DNA of 64,000 nucleotides from Hyaloraphidium curvatum SAG 235-1 (Eukaryota; Fungi; Monoblepharomycota): NCBI GenBank assembly GCA_025558095.1, contig JAIVFI010000033.1, positions 434,001 to 498,000 of the forward strand, read 5' to 3'. Shown piece by piece: positions 59,571 to 64,000 of this stretch (position 1 is its first letter; each line of letters starts with the position of its first letter). The notes under the pieces were generated by a model. It saw only the letters and a program-made list of their open reading frames with translations, ran no database searches and was not told where the DNA came from. The position numbers and the translations under genes were made by a program.

Positions 59571-60744
59571 CTTCCACCCCTGCCCCATTCCGCCATCGCA
59601 GGTGCGCCAGCAAGAACGGCGTCACCTCCCCTCCCATCACCCCCTCCACATCCGCCTCCTCGTGCCCCGTCCTCGGATCCTTCACTCTCCTCGTCCCCGC
59701 CAGGAAGTAATGCCGAACCTGCTCCGACCCGCTCGCGCTCACCGGCTCCCCCCTCGCCGCCGCCGCCCGCTCCTCCCTCCGGCGGTCCATCAACGCGGCC
59801 AGCTTCTCCCGCAGCCTGCGCATCGCCGCCGCGTGGTTCTGGTGCTGGCTGCGGTGCTCCTCCGCGCGCACGGCCAGGCCGGTGGGGATGTGTTCAATTC
59901 GCACGGCGGATTCGGTCCGGTTCACGCTCTGCCCGCCCGGGCCGGAAGAGCGCATCGTGGTCACCCGCAGCTCGTTCGCGGGCATCTCGATCTCCCGCCC
60001 CGCGTCGTCGTCGTCCTCCAGCACGGGCGCGACCTCGACGGCGGCGTAGCTCCGTTCCCTCGTGCCCTTGGTGTTGAACTGGGTGATCCAGACGGCGCGA
60101 TGAACGCCATGCTCCGACCTGAGCAGCCCATAGGCAAATGGACCAGCGATTTCGAGCTCCGCCTCGCGGGGCCCGATGGCCGACCCCGGATCCGAGTCCG
60201 GGACGGGGCGGGCGACGACCGAGTATCCCTCGCGGGCGGCCCAGGCGCGGTACATCTTTTCCAGGTGTCCGACCCATAGCCGAGAATCGAAGCCGGTGGA
60301 ACGGGGGCCGAGGGGGGAGAAGATGGAGATGGTGGCGGAGTGCGTGTCGTACGGGCCGTCCAGGAGGGAGAGGAGGCGCTTCTGCGGCAAACCGGCAACC
60401 GACGTCTGCAGGTCGGCGGCCAGCGAAGCTGCTTCGCGGTCCGCCGAGGCGCGTCCCGGGGTTCCGGCCGCCTCGAGGGCCGCCAGCTCTGCGGCGAGCT
60501 CGAGATCGTCCGCCATCCGCTGCATCTTTTCGAAAGTCGAGAGCTCGGATGCAGCGAGGCCTGCAAGCTCCGAGATGCCTGCGTCCTCGAGCCGCGAGAG
60601 GTTCGTCCGGAGCGCGCCGAGGTCGGCCGTGCGGAGGGCATCGCGGGCCGCCGCCAACGCAGTCGCGGGGTCAGATGGATTGGCGTGTTTGGAATAAAGC
60701 CGGATCCCTCGTCCGAGTCGCAGCAAAGCCGGGAGTCTCGGCAT
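59554..60744 (-). CDS. Organellar (mitochondrial-type) peptide chain release factor, RF2-like
   Basis: Arg/Leu-rich presequence, LLDGPYD, MYRAWA, GPFAYGLLRSEHGVHR, RSSGPGGQSVNRTESAVRIEHIPTG, RSQHQN, QVRHY and VKDPRTG. Confidence 0.88.
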   Translation of the reverse strand: MPRLPALLRLGRGIRLYSKHANPSDPATALAAARDALRTADLGALRTNLSRLEDAGISELAGLAASELSTFEKMQRMADDLELAAELAALEAAGTPGRASADREAASLAADLQTSVAGLPQKRLLSLLDGPYDTHSATISIFSPLGPRSTGFDSRLWVGHLEKMYRAWAAREGYSVVARPVPDSDPGSAIGPREAELEIAGPFAYGLLRSEHGVHRAVWITQFNTKGTRERSYAAVEVAPVLEDDDDAGREIEMPANELRVTTMRSSGPGGQSVNRTESAVRIEHIPTGLAVRAEEHRSQHQNHAAAMRRLREKLAALMDRRREERAAAARGEPVSASGSEQVRHYFLAGTRRVKDPRTGHEEADVEGVMGGEVTPFLLAHLRWRNGAGVEGSFRS

Positions 60745-61028
60745 CCGAACAGGAAGTGGACTTCTGAGAACAAGGGATTTGCTTCGCCACTTCCAAGCCG
60801 TCGTCATTGGGAGACGCCGCTGGCACGCCCTGCGGAGCGTGGAATGGACCGGACCTTGCGAAATTACCCCTAATCACCTTTTCTGGGAGTTTGGGCCGCG
60901 GACGGGGCGCCGACTGGGAACGCGAGGACGCCGGGAGTTCAAAGTTCCGCCGTCGGGCGTCGGACTCACTCGCCGGTGGCGCGGCACCTCCGGCCAGACG
61001 GCGCCCTTCCTGCCGGCCGCTCGCAGCC

Positions 61029-62561
61029 ATGTCGTTCCTGACTCGGATGCCGCGGCACCGATTCCGCTGGCTGCTCGTCGCCGGGGCGTTTCTCTCGCAG
61101 TTCTTTAGCCAGGGCGCAAACTGGGCCTACGGAATCTACGCCCGCGCCTACTGCCAGTCGGACGCGCTGGGCACCGACGGACAGCAGCGGCTGTGCGCGC
61201 TACCCGGGTCGCTGGCCGTCGCCTCGTGGTCCCTCTTCGGGCTCGTTGTGGGGCGGATCGCGGACGATCCTCGGGTCGGGTTCCGCGCCGTCGCGCTGTT
61301 CGGCTCCGCCGTGTGGACCGCCGCGTACCTGATCGCCAGCTTCTCGCAATGGTACGCCCTGACGGTGATCTCGCAGGGCCTCATGGCCGGGCTCGCTGCC
61401 TCGTGCACGTACTTCCCGACGATCGCAATGGTTTCAAAGCACTTTGGCCCGCGCAGGGACGGACGCGGCCTCGCGTTGGGAATCACCATCTCCGGCACCG
61501 GGTTTGGCGGGTTCGCCCAGGCTGCCGCGGCACAGGCGATGATCACGTACCTCGGGATCCCGTGGGCGCTGCGGATCACGGGGCTCGTGGGCGGGGCGGT
61601 GCTGGCCGCCGTGGCGTTGCTGCTGGTGCCGGTGGACAGGTGGCCGCCGGAAACCGCGGCGGACGGGGCCGATCAGCTGGCTGGAAAGCCGAAAGGGGCT
61701 GAGGTGGAGAAGGCCGAGCCCGAGATGGCTTCGGGTGACCTTGACCGAAAGGAGCCGGCCGAGGTTTCGACATCTTCGACCGTATCTGACGAGCCCACAG
61801 TGGTTGAGGACGCCAACGGCGCCGCCACGGTCGGAGAACCTGCCCACGGACCAGACGACGGCTCCGCGCCTCGGACTCCCGGCATCGCCGCTGCTCCTGC
61901 ACCCCTATCCGCACCGAAACCGCGCCGCTCCATCCGCTCCATCGTCACCACCGCCCCCTTCCTCCTCTCCTCCGCCGTCGTCTTCTTCATGCCCTGGGGC
62001 TCCATGTCCCCCGCCTACTGGGGCGCCTCCTACTCTGTCGACGTGCTCGGGATGGACCCCTCCGCCGCCGCCTTCCAGGTGTCGATCTTCAACATCGCCT
62101 CGACCGTCGGCAGGGTCGTGCAGGGCGCCGTGGCCGAGTACGTCGGCGGGCCGGCGACCAACCTCTTCTTCTCCATCCTCCTGTCGGGCACGCTGATCAT
62201 GGCCGCGTGGCCCAACGTGCACTCGGCGGCGGGCATGTCGGCCTACATGGCCTTCCAAGGCCTCGCGGGCGGGTCTTACAATGGGATCTTGCCGCAGGTG
62301 GTGTCGCTCAACTTCGAGCCGGACGTGCTGGCGACGGCCATGTCGATGATTTACTCCTTCTTTGCGTACGGCAGCCTCGCCGGCCCCGTGATCCAGGGCC
62401 TGCTGCTGGACCTCAACACGAGCTACGGGCCGGACGGGACCAAGCAGGTGTGGTACCTGCCGATGCAGATGTACGCGGGTTCGGTGCTGCTGGTGTCGGC
62501 GGTGTTTGCGGCGGGGCTGAGGATGTACATGTCGAGGGGGAGGGTGTTCGTGCAGATCTGA
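61029..62561 (+). CDS. MFS transporter, monocarboxylate (MCT/Mch)-like
   Basis: Two blocks of hydrophobic helices with a central hydrophilic loop. GRIAD..GFR, RGLALGITISGTGFGG and NIASTVGRV. Confidence 0.9.
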   Translation: MSFLTRMPRHRFRWLLVAGAFLSQFFSQGANWAYGIYARAYCQSDALGTDGQQRLCALPGSLAVASWSLFGLVVGRIADDPRVGFRAVALFGSAVWTAAYLIASFSQWYALTVISQGLMAGLAASCTYFPTIAMVSKHFGPRRDGRGLALGITISGTGFGGFAQAAAAQAMITYLGIPWALRITGLVGGAVLAAVALLLVPVDRWPPETAADGADQLAGKPKGAEVEKAEPEMASGDLDRKEPAEVSTSSTVSDEPTVVEDANGAATVGEPAHGPDDGSAPRTPGIAAAPAPLSAPKPRRSIRSIVTTAPFLLSSAVVFFMPWGSMSPAYWGASYSVDVLGMDPSAAAFQVSIFNIASTVGRVVQGAVAEYVGGPATNLFFSILLSGTLIMAAWPNVHSAAGMSAYMAFQGLAGGSYNGILPQVVSLNFEPDVLATAMSMIYSFFAYGSLAGPVIQGLLLDLNTSYGPDGTKQVWYLPMQMYAGSVLLVSAVFAAGLRMYMSRGRVFVQI

Positions 62562-62918
62562 TCGGGGGGAGGCGGCGATGCTGTCCCGACGGTGCCAAAT
62601 GCCAAAGCACGGATGTCAATCGGCTTCTCCTGGTCCGATGGTATTGCACATTTGAGCGAACCGTACATGCCCGACGGGCATGGCCAAACAGCTGAAGATT
62701 ATGTTGCAGGTGCTGATGATAACGAATGCCGGAGATTCCCTCTCCATGTACGCCTGGATGGCTAGCTCCTCATTTGTCCTGATTACGTAGATTACACCTC
62801 TCCGAGGCACAGAGTCACAGGCGGGCGCACCACACGAGGTGCACCACGCGCTCCACCCCATGCGCACTCGAAACCCGTCGTCCAAAGTGGCCCCTATGTT
62901 CTAAAGAGCTACATCGGC

Positions 62919-64000
62919 ATGGGTCGAGCGAAGGGCGGTTCTGATTCGCCCCAGACGCGGCGACAGGTCGCTTTGTCGCGCGTGGCTCCTCGCGAAACGG
63001 GACAGAGATTCGCCGCCAGGACGACGACCGACTACTACTGGCGGGACGAGGTCAACGACGGGCAGAAGGAGCTCGATGCGGCCGGGCGCCGCTTTGGGGA
63101 CAACGGCGCCCGCGCGCTTGCGGAGGCGCTGGTCGGGAACTCGACTCTGGCGAGCTTGACTGTGGCATCTAACGACATCGGCGTCGAAGGCGCCCGCGCC
63201 CTGGCAGGGATGCTGAAGAGGAACCTGGCGCTGACAAGATTTTCCGTGTCTTGGAACTCCGTCGGGGCCGAGGGCTCCTGCGCGCTAGCCGAGGCTGTGA
63301 AAGAGAACACGGTGCTGACGATGCTGGAGCTGGACGGCAATGATATCGGCGTTGAAGGGGCCCGCGCCCTCGCGGACGCGCTGAAGGATAACTTGACGCT
63401 CACGACTCTGAGTATGGGCGAAAACTCCCTTCGGGACGAGGGTGCCCGCGCGCTTGCGGAGGCGCTAACGGCGGTCACGGCGCTGACGACCCTGCACTTG
63501 AGCGAGAACGACATTGGAGACCGGGGTGCCAACGCGCTTGCTGAGGCTCTGAAGGAGAACTCAGTTCTGACCTACCTGTACCTGGGCGAGAATGCCATCG
63601 GAGATGAGGGCGCCCACGCACTCGGAGAGGCTTTGAGAAGGAACTCGGTGTTGACGGAGCTGTGGCTCCGTAAAGCCTCCATCGGCCGCGATGGGGCCCG
63701 CAAGCTTGCACAGGCCTTGAAGGAGAACACGGCGCTGACGTCCTTGGTGCTGGATGAGAACAACATCGGGGACGAGGGCGCGCGCGCGTTCGCAGATTCG
63801 CTGAAACAAAACTCGGTGCTGACGAGGCTGAGCTTGAAGCAGAACCTCATCGGGGACGAAGGTGCTTGCTCGCTCGCAGAGGCGCTGACGGAAAACTCGG
63901 CACTGACGACCCTGGGAATGAGCGACAACGCCATTGGAGCCGAGGGAACCCGTGCGCTTGCGGACGTGCTAAAAGGGAGCTCGGCACTGAGGAACTTGAG
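62919..64000 (+). CDS. RNI-like (28-aa) LRR protein, runs off the window
   Basis: Frame is open from ATG 62919 to the window end, with about 11 repeats of N(S)xLTxLxLxxNxIGxEGAxALAxAL. Not in the ORF track because there is no stop. Confidence 0.88.
   Translation, partial: MGRAKGGSDSPQTRRQVALSRVAPRETGQRFAARTTTDYYWRDEVNDGQKELDAAGRRFGDNGARALAEALVGNSTLASLTVASNDIGVEGARALAGMLKRNLALTRFSVSWNSVGAEGSCALAEAVKENTVLTMLELDGNDIGVEGARALADALKDNLTLTTLSMGENSLRDEGARALAEALTAVTALTTLHLSENDIGDRGANALAEALKENSVLTYLYLGENAIGDEGAHALGEALRRNSVLTELWLRKASIGRDGARKLAQALKENTALTSLVLDENNIGDEGARAFADSLKQNSVLTRLSLKQNLIGDEGACSLAEALTENSALTTLGMSDNAIGAEGTRALADVLKGSSALRNL

Noticed and set aside
62616-62885. Short ORF containing VIRTNEELAI, like the acetate kinase C-terminus
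   Set aside because: Only about 10 residues match and the flanks are unrelated, so probably chance.

Overview
Gene-dense, very GC-rich eukaryotic DNA with short (about 50-90 nt) GT-AG introns and CTGAC-type branch sites. The gene set is fungal-like, and an early-diverging zoosporic fungus such as a monoblepharid or chytrid is my inference. About 33 protein-coding loci or fragments are present. They include metabolic enzymes (PhyH dioxygenase, alpha/beta hydrolase, two Zn-dependent ADHs, GATase, P450, two SDRs, GH16, GT90, enoyl-CoA isomerase, acyl-CoA ligase, methyltransferase, bacterial-type PARG), signalling and LRR proteins, MYND fingers, secreted Cys-rich or EGF proteins, an MFS transporter and an organellar RF2-type release factor. 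No rRNA, tRNA or CRISPR was seen. Main highlights: (1) two divergent membrane-protein paralogues whose C-termini resemble the 7TM ion-channel (insect GR/OR, DUF3537) fold and that share a His/Cys motif; (2) a ~1270-aa secreted protein with a SUEL lectin fused to a body resembling helical pore-forming insecticidal toxins; (3) an RF2 whose SPF stop-codon-reading motif is replaced by TQF; (4) a 432-bp TIR-less insertion with a 7-bp target-site duplication that breaks an F-box/LRR gene and recurs elsewhere in the window; (5) repeated local inverted or direct duplications and gene remnants; (6) a possible peroxisomal lipid mini-cluster. All family calls come from recognising motifs by eye, and no searches were run.
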